Below are positions 63,701-64,000 of a DNA stretch of 64,000 nt, piece after piece. Position 1 is the first letter of the stretch; every line of letters starts with the position of its first letter. The translations under genes were made by a program, and so were the position numbers. The notes beneath the pieces were generated by a model. It saw only the letters and a program-made list of their open reading frames with translations, had not been told where the DNA came from and made no database searches. Source of the DNA: Centroscyllium fabricii (taxonomy: Eukaryota); assembly GCA_051313645.2 (NCBI GenBank), contig JBNRSN020000008.1:74400001-74464000 (forward strand), read 5' to 3'.

Positions 63701-64000
63701 TTAACAAAGTCCCGCATGGGAGACTGGTCAAGAAGGTAAGCGCCCGTGGGATCCAAGGCAATTTGGCACCTTGGATCCAAAATTGGCTTTGTGGCAGGAG
63801 ACAGAGGGTGATGGTCGAAGTTTGTTTTTGTGACTGGTAGCCTGTGTCCAGCGGGGTACCGCAGGGATTGGTGTTGGGTCCTTTGCTGTTTGTAGTGTAC
63901 ATTAATGGTTTAGATATGAATGTAGGAGGTATGATCAGTAAGTTTGCAGATGACATGAAAATTGGTGGAGTGGTAAATAGTGAGGAGGGACGCCTCAGGC
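60750..64000 (+). mobile_element. Near full-length CR1 LINE with ORF1 (zinc finger + SGNH esterase) and disrupted ORF2, running off the window
   Basis: ORF 60919-61638 has CxxC...CxxC followed by VVGDS, PGARV and HIGTND. ORF2 fragments have ITETWL, YYRPPNS, KSPGPD and KFADD. The 5' boundary is approximate. Confidence 0.9.

Noticed and set aside
59548-64000. Further upstream CCDC93 exons
   Set aside because: No AG/GT-bounded segment encoding recognisable CCDC93 sequence was found; the next exon probably lies beyond the window.

Overview
This is eukaryotic (vertebrate) genomic DNA. It is most likely a shark or other chondrichthyan, inferred from the repeat landscape (CR1/HER1-like LINEs, HE1-like V-SINEs, DeuSINE-like elements). 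Three spliced genes can be reconstructed by hand: the last four coding exons of DDX18 (+, 3289-13585), a complete two-exon 343-aa serotonin receptor of the 5-HT5B type (+, 16786-19424), and the last seven coding exons of CCDC93 (-, 59547-40700). This DDX18-HTR5B-CCDC93 neighbourhood is also known in mammals, and the human HTR5B is a pseudogene. The terminal DDX18 intron has clear U12 (minor spliceosome) signals and contains a young, nearly intact Rex1/Babar-type LINE. The rest of the window is dense with mobile DNA: CR1, L2 and RTE LINEs, V-SINEs, DeuSINEs, TA-targeting Tigger-like MITEs and AT-targeting palindromic MITEs. The most unusual signal is a family of short Penelope-like, often fold-back insertions (5489, 19693, 22198, 38797) carrying minimal hammerhead-ribozyme motifs, in some copies on both strands; one lies just downstream of the HTR5B stop codon. 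All family assignments come from motif recognition, not database searches. Most ORFs in the supplied six-frame track are spurious or are transposon fragments.
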